This document shows positions 19,757-32,268 of a stretch of 32,567 bases of DNA, piece by piece. Source of the DNA: Octopus bimaculoides (Eukaryota); assembly GCF_001194135.2 (NCBI RefSeq), contig NC_069000.1, positions 17,200,691 to 17,233,257 of the forward strand, in the 5' to 3' direction. The position numbers and the translations under genes were made by a program. The notes under the pieces are model-generated. The model ran no database searches. It was not told the origin of the DNA and saw only the letters and a program-made list of their open reading frames with translations. Within the stretch, counting starts at the first letter, position 1. Every line of letters starts with the position of its first letter.

Positions 19757-20201
19757 ATAGGACGTAGATTGGCAGAGGAGTTAGAACGGCGGACAAAACG
19801 CTTTGCAGTATTTCTTTCATCTTCTGCTTTCTCAGTTCTCTGAGGGTAACTTTGCCTTTCATTTTTTTTTCCAAGATCGATAAAATAAAGTACCGATCAA
19901 GATTTGGTGTCATTGATACTGACTAGCACCCTCCCGTCAAAATTGCTGGCCTTGTGCCTAAATCAGAAACCATTATATAAGGTCGGTGAATTGGCAGACT
20001 CTTGAGTGTGTCAAATAAAATGCTTTGCAGTATTTGTTACGACTTTTACGTTTTGTGTTCAAATCCTGCTGAGGTCAACTTTGCCTTTCATCCCACCGGG
20101 TCAATAAAATAAAGTACCTGTTTAGTACTGGGGTCGATAGTATTGACTAAACCCTTCCCTCTCAGAATTGCTGGTCTTGTGCTTAAATCAGAAAATATCA
20201 T
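19757..20201 (+). mobile_element. Two head-to-tail diverged SINE copies (19757-19975, 19978-20201)
   Basis: Both contain TTGGCAGA..., CAACTTTGCCTTTCAT or close variant, ATAAAATAAAGTACC and AATTGCTGG.CTTGTGC.TAAATCAGAAA. Confidence 0.75.
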
Positions 20202-20868
20202 TATATTCGATTATCGTGGTGTGGAAACGTCGTTTTTGTTCCTCTCGTCGAGAACATTTTATTCATTGGAGTAGCCTACTTGTAAAAAGAACTATGATAA
20301 ACCGGATAAAGGTTGTCCTTGACACTTTGGGTGGGGTAAACAACTGCAAAAAGAAGAGAGATTTCGTTCACAAAGTTCTACAATTCTATTTGCACACCTT
20401 ACATCTTCCCATACCCAATGGCTACCACATACACTTATGCTACATGATTGAGCTCTACAATGTACCCACCCTACCCACCAAAATCACAATGTCAAAACAA
20501 GACTAAATGTACAAAGGGAAGACGAAAATTAACAGTCTAGTGAACAATTAATGCTCCAACTACTCAAATAAGTAATTTGGAAGACGGCGACAGTAATAAC
20601 ATGAACAATAGCAATTACTACTGTTACACGATTCCAGTTATTGTTGTCTGTTCATTTAGCTATTACGGGAAGATTAGTTTTTCCTTAATACAAAATGAAC
20701 ATATGGAATTTTAGATCTATCAAAGTTACAAGAAAATATGAAGGTGAGGGAATTTAGTAAAATCGAACAGTATTTCTTTACAACCGGAGAGAACCAAGGT
20801 GAGGACAAAGAAAAGAGTTGTATATCTCTGCTTACGAAAAGGCAGAAGAGAATTAGATTTTCCTCCCC

Positions 20869-21180
20869 GTCAAGTTCAAAAAGCGGCGTCGCTGCGAAAA
20901 CTTGGCCGCCACAAGCCAGTTATCCCTATGGTAACCTTTCTGACACCTCTCGGCGGACGCATAGCTCGCCGCTGTTCGGAAAGGATCGATGGGCCACACT
21001 CACGCGGTCCGTATTCGTACTGAGAATCGAAATCGAGCGAGCTATTGCCCTTTTGTTCGACGTGTGGTTACCGTCCACGCTGAGCTCGCTTTGGGACACC
21101 TGCGTTACCGTTTGACAGACGTACCACCCCAGTCAAACTCCCCACCCGACACTGTTCTCGACTAAGAGTCGCGCATCGGC
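20869..21180 (-). pseudogene. 28S rRNA fragment (domain V region), dispersed copy
   Basis: Reverse complement contains GGTGGGGAGTTTGACTGGGG, CTGTCAAACGGTAACGCAGGTGTCC, AGGTGTCAGAAA.GTTACCA.AGGGATAACTGGCTTGTGGCGGCCAAG, all conserved LSU motifs; only ~310 bp long with no rDNA context. Confidence 0.92.
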
Positions 21181-21307
21181 TAATGAAATATCAGAAATTC
21201 ACCCCAGTATTAATTTTTTGTTTAAGTCTGGTACTTATTCTACCGGTCACTTTTACCGAGTCACTAAATTACGAGGACGTAAACAAATTAACATCACCTG
21301 TCAAGTA

Positions 21308-21378
21308 GAGCATATGGCATAGTGGTTAAGAGCGCGGGCTACTAACCCCAAGATTCCAAGTTCGATTCCAGGCAGTGA

Positions 21379-21444
<66 letters not shown>

Positions 21445-21617
21445 CATCGAAAAATACCTTAGGAATGAGAACCCAGGTTCGAAATTTCCCCAAGACATCT
21501 CATGAAGGCTGGAGGGTATATCAACCGAAACGTTGTGTTAACAACAAGATGAGGACAAATATCCGTCAAATGTAAACAATGTACATAATTCCTCACCTCT
21601 TGAATATAGAACTGTAT
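21308..21617 (+). mobile_element. Chimeric SINE: tRNA-like head + (TAA)n + Penelope-like tail containing a degenerate hammerhead motif
   Basis: A box TGGCATAGTGG and B box GTTCGATTCC; (TAA)n at 21383-21440; hammerhead-like motif at 21494-21539. Confidence 0.7.
21494..21539 (+). ncRNA. Degenerate minimal type I hammerhead ribozyme (probably inactive)
   Basis: GACAT-CTCATGA-A-GGCTG-(10 nt)-CAACC-GAAAC-GTT-GTGTT: stem I GACAT/GTGTT, stem II GGCTG/CAACC (one mismatch), palindromic ACGT stem III; core CUGAUGA altered to CUCAUGA. Confidence 0.55.
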
Positions 21618-22102
21618 ATATATCTTATAACTTACAAAATTGTAATGGGAGGTTGGGCTATTTTTGGATAAAATAAGAAGAGTGCAAAAGTGTTGGCATG
21701 AGGGAAACGTGGTGGCATAGGGAGAGTGATTGATATTAGGGAAGGAGAGGACAGAGTTATGTAAGCGACAAATATGGAGTGACAGTGGGATGATAACGTT
21801 AATACAACTGTCATTCAGGGATGCAAGCGAGCGCTTTCAATCAGTTTACAAATTCAAGTCGTGGGAGACAGACGATAACTAATTGAAACAGTGTTTGTGT
21901 ATGTATGTATGTATTTATGTATGTATGTATGTATGTATGTCACATGCTGTTTACTTTAAGAAAAGGAACGATTTAGATCAAAGGTTTAGTCTTATTAACA
22001 TGTATACACATTCACTTATGACATTTCGCACACGAATGGAAGTAACTTAATCCTAAAACAACTATATTTGTGATTAAACTAAACTCATTCTCTTTTCTCA
22101 TC

Positions 22103-22105
<3 letters not shown>

Positions 22106-22170
<65 letters not shown>
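22106..22170. repeat. (CT)n microsatellite
   Basis: Directly visible. Confidence 0.95.
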
Positions 22171-22172
<2 letters not shown>

Positions 22173-22199
22173 CACACACGTCTTTCATATCACGCTCTT

Positions 22200-22804
22200 T
22201 CTCGCTCCGCTGAGGGTTAGCATTTAACGTTAGGGTTTCGTGTTAGCCCTAAGGAGTACAATTTTGTGTTAGGACTAGGATTACGTTTAAGCAGAAACGG
22301 AAATGGGATTCAAAAGATCTGAATTTGTATACACATTTTTACTGAATTGAACTTGCATATATGTTTGGGATTTGGATATCAAACAAAAATGTATTTTTAA
22401 AATGAGCAAAATAATAAAAAAAGGTTTATAAAGCGTTCTTAGTCCGAACCTTCGTTGAGAGTTTTTCTCTTTCGAAAAGATTTTCTATAAGTTAGATAAA
22501 GAGCTTTGCGATGTTACTGTTAATTCTCTGAGTTATTAACTCGGGCAACGCCGGGTGTTTCAGCTAGTACATGCATACATTGGACAAAATCGACCCGGAA
22601 GGACTGGGGTAAGGTTCATACATATTAAAAAATTTTTGTCATAAAAAACCTTCCCCTCATCATTTGCAAGGGTATGGTGAAAAAAAGAAGTTGAAAACAC
22701 CCCGTCAAAATAGAGACAATCCAACTAATGTGGGTTCGCTATTTCGAAAGTCCAAGGCATTCTACTGTGTGAATTAACCGGCAACGACGAGATATTCAGC
22801 TAGT
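22200..22804 (+). mobile_element. Two adjacent non-autonomous Helitron-like segments, each ending in a hairpin-like sequence + CTAG-T
   Basis: ACTCGG-GCAACG-CCGGGT then CAGCTAGT at 22539-22568; a degenerate second end, CCGGCAACGACGAGATATTCAGCTAGT, ends at 22804. 5' ends not identified. Confidence 0.6.
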
Positions 22805-22807
22805 GTG

Positions 22808-22852
<45 letters not shown>

Positions 22853-22854
22853 TA

Positions 22855-23006
22855 GATTTCTACACAGTTCACTTCCAAAATCACTTACAAGGCATTGATC
22901 GGCACGGGGCTATAAGTAGAAGACACTTGCCCAAGGTACTGTACCACAAAACTGAACCCGAAATCATGTAACTGCAAAGTAAACTTCTTAACCACACAAC
23001 CATACC
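22855..23006 (-). mobile_element. tRNA-derived CORE-like SINE
   Basis: AGTAGAAGACACTTGCCCAAGGT shared with 25-180; preceded by (GT)n at 22803-22851. Confidence 0.7.
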
Positions 23007-24225
23007 CACAGAAGACATGCTTGTTTGTGATGAGATTTTCCATTTTGCCCGATTCTTCTACTCTCAACCCAAAATTCATAAACAAGAAGTGATCCGTATC
23101 AAAAGAATAATGTTTATGCACACTGGAAAGGAATGTGAGATAAAGAGAGTGAAAGATAAGATACTCGGAGAGAGAAAAACGCAAGGCTGAATATCTAGTT
23201 ATCGTCTGTTTTGTTATCGACAAAATATTGCAGTAACGCAATCGTGGCTATGGGTTTCAGCGTTCCAGTAAGAAAACACAAAAATTACTTGCTGTCATAA
23301 CGGTGGGAAACATTTCTGTGGGAAACATTTACAGCACAATCAATAAGAACAAGAAAACAAATGTGACAAGAAAATATTGTTTGCTTCTGCGACTTGTGTG
23401 CGGATAACTGACGTTCAACGACAAAGGACAATCAACAAGAACAATGTACAAAAGTTATATAAATTGATCCGGAGCCATAAAAATTCCAGCTGAGGAAGTC
23501 AATTGCATTCACAAAAAGGCACTTACGTACAAATCAGTGAGATGCATAGTATATGAATAAAACTATCTGCAGGAAGTAAGGTGCATACTCGGCTACATAA
23601 AATAATAGGACAATTGTTTCCATATGCAACAATAAGATGGAGGCTAGAACAGTGGCCTCTAGCCCTTGTACATCTCACAATTTTATTATAATCTTTCGAT
23701 ACTTGAGAACGTAAGTGACTAAAAGCCGAAATAGAACCGAAAGCCAAGCCAAAGTGATGGCATTTGTGGAGGAGCACGGAATGGTAATGGGATTCAGGTT
23801 CCCCCCTCCCTCAACAGTATAAGACAGTAATGTCGTGGGAGTCCACATGTTGGTCGTATCTGAGGAAAAGAAAACAAGATCAGGGTGCCTTTCTTCATCG
23901 TTTCTAATATACATATCGCTACAACTTCAACAGAAACAATCGTAGCAACAGAAAATGCAATAACAGAGACTTCCTCTGCATACGGTCTTTCTGCCCCAGG
24001 GAAAAGAAAACAAGATCGGAGCGCTTCTCTTTATTGTTTTTAACATCCATATTGCTACAATTTCAACACTATAAAAGAAAAGGGTTCACAAAAAGTTCAA
24101 CATCCGGGTTTACAAAAAGTTCGTGGGAAGTAGGTCAAACGCAACAAATATGAACAATTCGAAATCACCAGAGGGTGACAGGTTTCAAACATGAATAGTT
24201 AACAAGCACACCTGCACATTCAAAC

Positions 24226-24240
24226 ATGCGCACACGCACG

Positions 24241-24281
<41 letters not shown>

Positions 24282-24325
24282 GCACGCACGCACGCACGCA
24301 CATACACGTACGCACGCACGCTCAC
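24226..24325. repeat. (CA)n/(CACG)n compound microsatellite
   Basis: Directly visible. Confidence 0.9.
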
Positions 24326-24508
24326 ACATATGCAACACAGATGACAGTATTTAATCATTTGTTGACAGATCCAAAAACAACACCTGAATCGCTCACCGAG
24401 AAAAAAACCATATAAAGAAGCAACAGGCCTCAAACCTACAAATCCAGAACCTGTCTCTCTTAAGTATATTACAAAGCCTTAACTGCAATAATGACGACTG
24501 TACAAATA

Positions 24509-24882
24509 GTTGTTGTTGGCACTCCGTCGCTTACGACGACGAGGGTTCCAGTTGATCCGATCAACGGAACAGCCTGCTCGTGAAATTAACGTGCAAGTGG
24601 CTGAGCACTCCACAGATACGTGTACCCTTAACGTAGTTCTCGTGGATATTCAGCGTGACACAGTGTGACAAGGCTGACCCTTTGAATTACGGGCACAACA
24701 GAAACAGGAAGTGAGAGTGAGAGAAAGTTGTGGTGAAAGAGTACAGCAGGGTTCGCCACCATCCCCTGCCGGAGCCTCGTGGAGCTTTTAGGTGTTTTTG
24801 CTCAATAAACACTCACAACGCCTGATCTGGAAATCGAAACCGCGAGTCCGCTGCTCTAACCACTGGGCCATTGTGCCTCCAC
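24509..24882 (-). mobile_element. Long, CpG-rich tRNA-derived SINE (probably young)
   Basis: Reverse complement begins GTGGAGGCACAATGGCCCAGTGGTTAGAGC...GGTTTCGATTTCC and ends (AAC)n; head similar to 9250. Confidence 0.75.
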
Positions 24883-25667
24883 CCTATACAATTATCAACC
24901 ATTAATATAACAAATCTACACAGCACACAATCTACACAATCACTGCCTCACATTACGACACTTCACACTCCATTATACAGCAGATATAAGATATATTTAG
25001 TACCGAGCTAAAATAACATAACTCACATTGCATGTATTCAATACAACAGAAGAAATACTAAAATAACACAAGGAACAACAAATCAAGCCATACACAATAA
25101 CTTTAAGTTGATAGAGTAAACAAATGTAGTTCTACATTACCAGAAGTCAATGCTGCACACACCTAAAAAAAAAGTGTAATGGAGGTGCACCCAGTGATAC
25201 AGTTAAAACTCAAACAATGAACAGAAAATAATATAAGTAAAGATTGGTATTTGCCTTGAATAGTGAGTGAGATCAAGTTGATGTCAGTTGTACTACCACG
25301 GCTATCATGAATGACACGCTGTTTCTAATATAATCAAATACCTGCCGGGAAATGGCGTGAAATTAATATGGGTAAAAGGTTGAGTTTAAGCTAACATTTC
25401 ATCAATGTTTGTCACGTGATTTGGGTTTTTCATGACTAGCTTACTATGCCCACTTCAGATTTCAGTCTATTATTCTTGTTTGTGAATACGTGGAAAAGAA
25501 AACTAGATAAATTAGTTAATTAATTCAATGCAGTTCGTCTGAGTTTATGTTTCGGAATTCGTAATTTGTGGAAAGGTTGATTAAGTTACAAAGAAATGAT
25601 AGAAAGACATCGTTCTGACAACACCAAAGCTTTCGGGTGACTCATTTTAGAAACGTTGTATAAGGAA

Positions 25668-25851
25668 CAGGACCGTCTTAGCATCATTATAGGATCCCAG
25701 AGAAATCAATGCACTGGGCCCTATAGAGTTTATTTATTGACAACGAACCAGTGCATAGATAGACCAGAATTTAGCCTCTAGATCCGTGAGATTCCCTACA
25801 CCCCTGAACAACCACCCAGTGTACCTACTCGTACATCTTAAGACGGTACTG
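25668..25851. mobile_element. hAT-type MITE (13-bp TIR)
   Basis: CAGGACCGTCTTA / TAAGACGGTACTG (12/13 inverted match); flanks ATAAGGAA/ACAAGAAG match only 5/8; homologous to 7058-7190. Confidence 0.75.
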
Positions 25852-26007
25852 ACAAGAAGGTGCAAAAGCTTAACAGGGTTAACATGCAGTTTATGATGGC
25901 AAGAAAATGAAAATGAGTTGTAATAGAAACAGAAAATTAAGAAAATCGTCCTTGTCTATACTTGATTTCTATTTACTAAGGGAAGCATGCATCACGAAGT
26001 TTGATTT

Positions 26008-28060
26008 TCACTGGTGCTTCATATTTCGTCGAAAGGGTGTCATAATTCGAGTTAGCGTCGAAAACGATGACTCACATGTAGCTGTGCTAGATCCAAATGT
26101 TAATGCTGCACCATAAAATAGATAAATATTTGGAAAGGCAGCCTGTACGATACGCAAAGATCCAAAAATATCCAGCAGTGTCATCATATTTTGTTTGGAA
26201 ATGTATGTTTTAGTCACAGTAGGTTCAGACAGCAAGGCTGATTTATCGCAATTAACTAAATTGCTCAAAGATTTTAAAGCATCAAAATCCAAAAATGTCT
26301 CGGACATTAGTAGTAGATTTGCCAAGGAAGAATACATGCTGTTGTTTTGCTCTGAAAATCCATTATCTAGCTCTCCTAAGCTTTCATCGATGATCACGAA
26401 ATAAATTTTGCGGTGAAAGATAATCCAGTCATTTTGTGATGGTACCAGGGCTTCAACAGCATAATGTGAAAAGCGTTGAGACCCGCAACCTTTTCGACAC
26501 ATACGTTCCTCAATAACATTAAACTGACTCATTTGTTTCAGAATCTCATCAAATATTAAAGAGTCTTTCAGTTTAGTTATTTCGCTCTTGACAAACTTAA
26601 GGAGCCCAAGGCCATGGTGTATATCACAATTGTGACTTTGAAGCTGTTTGTCTACTGGCCTAATTATATGCAGAAATTTGCTAAGGACAAGGGCTAGAAA
26701 AACAAACCTTTTGGAACGAACTTGATGTAAAATTCCAGTTGCCTCAAACACGTTTTTGAATCTGATGAATCTGGAGTTGTTTTCTATTACAGAAGCAATG
26801 GCACTGAAATGAACCGATCACCTATAGTCCGCAAGACGTGGCAATTTCAGTCCTTTGCAGTGACTAGCTATCCTTGGCCGTTTAATAAAATTATGAAGAC
26901 TATTAACGGTGTCGAAGAACGTAGCTAAATCTAGAATCCGCTTTATTGTGTTAACCACAAGATGCAACTGATGATTAAGACAATGAACATTGGGTATATG
27001 TTTTTCAAGTCGATTTTGAATCATTCTGTGAGCGTCACCAATTTTGTCAGACATCACAGAAGCATTGTGACAACATACGCTTTGGCTCAATGCAAAGGTT
27101 GGTTAATTCCTTAATTAACAAGTCAATCAATGTTTCAGCATCATAATGTTGAGTAGTTGGCATTGCAACTAAGTTTTCCAAAACCCCGCCGGTTTTCAAG
27201 TACCTTATAACAATCGCAATATTTTCAGTATTACTCAAATCGCGCGTTCCGTCACATTTCAGCGTAAAGTAAGGAACATCGGAACATTTTGATTTTATCG
27301 ACAAGGCTGACAGTGTATCTCCTCAATAATTCGATGATTTCGTTTTGCATTGCTACCAAGGTATAGGTCGCATTTTTTGGAATCGTGCTGTAACATTCCA
27401 TAAGCTTTGAGTCTTTCTCTAATGTGTATTGGCATAATTTCATTAAAAAAGACCACAAGGCCGTGTCTCACCTTCCGAATAAAGATCCTCAAAAGCTTCG
27501 TTTTCGTTTCCTCGAAAAGGCAATTCGTTTGCGCAAAGAAAACGCACAATATCAACAATTGAATTAATATAGTAACGGTTTTTGCTCAATTGATCATTTT
27601 GCGAAACTGAAGACATGGATGTTGTGAACAAACGCTGTTGGCGTTCTCTCCATGTTACAATAGCCTGGATATGGGCTGCAGAGTTTGCGTGCTTATTTAA
27701 ATTTTTGCATGATGCCAGTTAGACTATCCATCCTTAATAAAGCAGGTATCCGCTTGAGCAGAAGTGTTAAAGTGCCGACAAGCAAAACAAAAGGCTTTCT
27801 TTGAAAGAGAATATTCTAACGATGGACAGCCGGTATACTAGCTTAACGAGAAGTCACGTTTCTGATTTCCATAAATCATTGGATCAAACTTTGCTAGAAA
27901 TGGTTGACAGTCGACCAATATCCAATAAGGGTATCAAAGACTCTGCAAAACCTTCCTTGAGCTGTGAAACTTCATTTGCAGTTCTCTTCTGTTTAGCATT
28001 AGATGAATCAGATTGGAAATTCAGCAATGATTGCTTCAGTTCTCTTTTTTAGTAGCGATT
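26008..28060 (-). pseudogene. hAT transposase fossil (TTF-type Zn finger / DUF4371 / hATC architecture, ZMYM1-like)
   Basis: Frameshifted segments: NRYYINSIVDIVRFLCANELPFRG, NEIIELL, FTLKCDGTRDLSNTENIAIVIRYL, VHCLNHQLHLV, and C-terminal FPNIY...ALTFGSSTATCESSFSTLTRI. Element termini not identified. Confidence 0.88.
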
Positions 28061-28177
28061 CATCATTGTACCGACACTCCGTAAGACACTGGCCTTAAAG
28101 GTATACTCCGTCGAGTGATCTTACACTAATGTCGGTTGAATAAAAATGATTTAACCAATACTTTATACTGAAATATA

Positions 28178-28780
28178 CACTGAACTGCAAAAGAAACGCG
28201 ATTTTTTCAAATGTCATTTTTACATGGTAAATTCTGAAATTTTATTTCGGGGATGTAAATGTAAATATTCCAAGAAATGCTGATTTATAGCTGAGACCCA
28301 AATTGCAGGTAATCTTTCAACTTTCCCTGAAACGAGTCGCCAAAACGCAGCTATGTTGAATGCCATGGGTGGCAGTCGCAAACAATTGTCATGAAAACTG
28401 AAATGCAGGTGCATCTCGTGGAGGTTATGGGTATAAAAATCAACATGAATCGCTTTCCTAACATTCGTAATTTGGACGCATCAGGTATGACCCGACTGTT
28501 AGCAGTGCAGAGAGAACAAGCTATGGGCTGATTGCAAGCAGGGCAGCGTGCCGTGGATGTTGCGAAAGCTTACAATGTCCATGTCAGCACCATCTGTCGC
28601 CTGCAACAGCGATACAACACCAACAGCAGTGCAGACCGTGCCCGCAGAAGGCGCTCCCGGATGACCACGCCCAGGCAGGACCGCTTCATCCACCTGCAAC
28701 ACTCCCGTGATCGCTTCAGACTGACCAGCGTGACAGCTCGCGAGATCATTGGCACTGGACAGCGACGACACGGTACGACG
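28178..28780 (+). mobile_element. Tc1-like transposon, 5' part (paired-like HTH), truncated
   Basis: TA + CACTGAACTGCAAAAGAAACGC left end; ATG at 28487 gives MTRL...QREQAMG*LQAG...VAKAYNVHVSTICRLQQRY...RSRMTTPRQDRFI; cut off by microsatellite and array. Confidence 0.8.
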
Positions 28781-28850
28781 TGCATGTGCGTGTGCGTTTG
28801 TGCGTGTGTGCGTGTGCGTTTGAGCGTCTGTGCTCGTGTGCGTGTGTGTG

Positions 28851-30744
28851 TAAATAACAAGTTAAATTTACTTCGTAAACGTATCTATGTTGAAGGTGCT
28901 GTATATTTTGCTCCACCGGGAATTTACCTATATGTATACTGGTCCGTTAACCAGCCATTATGTTATAACGAAGTGCTTTAAAATAATCATTCATGCGATC
29001 TCATCTCTCGTCACTCGCATACATATTTAGTGCCTACTATATATATCTAAATAGAAAAAATTTCCTCTTTTACAGGAAAAGGGTTAAACAAAACGTTCAA
29101 ACTTGAAATCTTTCTAAAAAAAAATTGTTTTATAGTAAAAGGTTTAATAAAATTTTAAGCTTTCATTACAAAAACCTAAAGAATACAACTCAATTCGCTG
29201 TCTCTCAGCAACTAATCCCCGCTTGTCAACAAAAAATAATAATATTTACCTCAGATCAGCTGTTCGGCTAACTTTCTGGGTTGGTTTGGTTCTGGTGAGT
29301 TAAATATTAAGGATTACAGCCAAGCGTCAACTTAGCTACTAGCTTTCAGGATATACATGGCATTAAAATAGAACACACGCACGCACACAAGCCTAACTTC
29401 AACCTACCTGCACCTCCATACACAAACACAATCATACGCGCAGACAGGCACAGGTGCGTGTGTGTGTGTGTGTGTGTCTGTCTGTGTCTGTCTGTATGTG
29501 TGTTTTGTGTGCGTGCGCGCGCGCTACGTGTGTGATTGAAAAATAGATAGAAAAAGAAAAGATTTTCGGAAAATAAACATCTCCACTTAATGATCCTGCT
29601 TACAGACCATAGATGTTTTGGGATCACGTTTTTGCGCCGGCAGACGTACGTGTGTATGTGTGTGCGTGTGCGTGTGTGTGTGTGTGTGCGTGCGTGATAG
29701 GAAAATAAGAGGATAAAGAAAGCTTTTCGAAAGTAAATAATTCTGGTTAAAGATCCTACTTACAGACCATAGCTGATTCGGGATCACCTTTGCGTGTGTT
29801 AGTGTGTGTGCGCATACCAAGGCATTTGTGTGCGTTTGTGTGTAAATAGCAAGTTAAATTTATTTTGTAAACATAACCATGTTGTAGGTGTTGTATATTT
29901 TGCTTTACCAGGAACTTACCTCTATGTATTACTAGCAGAAATACCCGGCTTTTCCCGGGTTAAAGAGAATAATGAAATCTAAAAACGCCGTCTAGACTAC
30001 GCAACCCTCAACTGTTAGTAGCTACGATACCATATTTCTACATTAATAACTCTCCAATCCATGCCAGCATGGAACATAGGCATTAAGTGGAATGCCAGTC
30101 TCTTATCTAGGAGGGCCTTGAAATCAATGTTACCAACTGGGGACTATGTGTGTCGTAGTGATAATAAAAAGACCCAAAGGAGGTCTGCAACGAAATAATT
30201 TTACTCAACACTTTGCAAGTGAATCAGTGGAGGCAAAGATGCGTCTCATTTACTTGACAATTTATGTACCACATTGCAGAAATCACAATGAAAGTATATC
30301 TGAAAGGGTAGTCACTCGCATAAATATTTAGTGCCAATTAGTTATATTTAAATGGCAAAAAAATCCTGTTTTACAGAAAAAGGGTTAAACAAAACGTTCA
30401 AACTTGAAATTTTTCTCAAAAAAAAAAATTGATTTACAGTAAAAGGTTTAATAAAACGTTATGCTTTCAATACAAAAGCATCAATTCGCTACCTCACAGC
30501 ACCTTTTACGCGTTTGTCAGCAAAAAATAATAATATTTACCTCAAATCATCCAAACGTCAACTTAGCTACTAGCTTTCAGGATATAAACTGAATGAAAAT
30601 AGAACACACACACATACAAGCCTAACTTCAACCCACCTGCACTCCCATACACAAACACAATCAAACGCACAGGCAGGCACAGGTGTCTGTGTGTGTAAGA
30701 GTGTATGTGTGAGAGCGTGCGTGCGTGCAGGCGTGTGTGTGTGT

Positions 30745-30801
<57 letters not shown>

Positions 30802-32197
30802 TGTGTCTGTGTCTGTGAGATAGGAAAATAAGAAGGTAAAGAAAACTTTCTGAATGTAACTATATTCCGGTTAAAGGTCCTTCTTAAAGACCTTAGCTGA
30901 TTCAGGATCACCTTTCTGTGTGTGAGTGTGTGTGCGCACGCGGACGCATGTGTGTGCGTGTGAGCTTCTGTGCGTGTGCGTGTGTGTGTGTGAATAACAA
31001 GTTAAATTTATTTCGTAAACATAACCATGTTGTAGTTGTATATTTTGCTTTGCCAGGAACTTAGCTCTTTGTATTATACTGGTTCGCGGACCATCCATTA
31101 TGTTATGTCGAAGTGCTTTAAAATAATCATTCATGTGTTCTCGTCTCTCTTCACTCGCATACATATTTAGTGCCAACTAGATTTACTACCCAGCGGATCT
31201 TTTCAATTTGATAGCCAGATTTGTTAATTAATTTTTTTTAACTAAACACTTTGAAATCTCGGATACTGGTAGAATGTGTCACATAGAACAGGGTTTACTC
31301 TTAACGTTTTTGACAAAATTTTGTATTTTAGAAGTTATTTCGTGTTAAAGTTGTCGTATTTAAGTAATTTTAACCAATCAATGACGTGTTTTCATCTGAA
31401 GAAAATTACTGCTGCTGTTTGCGGACAACAACATCCGGGTCCACTCTACTAACAAAACCTTTCTTTTATAACCAGAGATGTTTTATAGCAACATAGGTTT
31501 GCTGTACCAGGGTTGGTTTGAGGTTAAATAACAAAATTATTACTGAGACAGACCAACGACGGAAGCTGTATATGGTTGCATGACCTGCTAGAAAAAGTAG
31601 CAAAAACTTTTTTTTATATACTGAATATATATAAATTATAAATATTTGAATGGAAAAAAATTCCTGTTTTGCAGAAAAAGGGTTAAACAAAACGTTCAAA
31701 CTTGGAATATTTCTCAAAAAAAAATTGTTTTACAGTAAAAGGTTTAATAACAAATTGAGTCTTCATTACAAAAACCTAAAGAATACAACTGTTCAACAAC
31801 TCAATTAGCTGTCTCTCAGCAACTAATCCCCGTTTGTCAACAAAAAATAATAATATTTACCTCAGATCAGCTGTTCGGCTATCTTTCTGAGTTGGTTTGG
31901 TTTTGGTGAGTTAAATATTAAGGATTACATCCAAGCGTTAACTTAGCTACTAGCTTTCAGGATATACATGGAATTAAAATAGAACACTCACACACACACA
32001 CAAGCCTAACTTCAACCTACCTGCACGCCCATACACAAACACAATCATACGCACAGGCAGACACTGGTGTGTGTGTGTGTGTATGTGTGTGCATGCATGT
32101 GAGTGTGTAAGTATGTTGTTTACAGTAAAAAGTTTTATAAAATGTTGAGCCTTCATTACAAAAACCTAAAGGATACTACTGTTCAACAATTCAATTT
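28851..32197. repeat. Complex tandem array of a ~1-kb microsatellite-containing unit (3 copies + partial), with nested insertions
   Basis: Unit starts at 28851, 29843 and 30991; GGGTTAAACAAAACGTTCAAACTT at 29081, 30382 and 31680; CTTAGCTACTAGCTTTCAGGATATA at ~29331, ~30562 and ~31942. Confidence 0.9.
29932..30110 (-). mobile_element. Helitron-like insertion (3' end) inside array unit 2
   Basis: Reverse complement ACCCGG-GAAAAG-CCGGGT-ATTTCTG-CTAG-T; the junction falls at the A|T of the unit sequence GTATTA|TACTGG. Other boundary approximate. Confidence 0.65.
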
Positions 32198-32231
32198 GGT
32201 GACCCACAGCAACATGATATATAGTGCTTCT

Positions 32232-32268
<37 letters not shown>

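Noticed and set aside
20738-21115. 125-aa and 74-aa plus-strand ORFs
   Set aside because: Antisense to the 28S rRNA fragment.
22212-22240. Telomere-like TTAGGG words
   Set aside because: Only one or two scattered copies inside a Helitron-like segment; not an interstitial telomere array.
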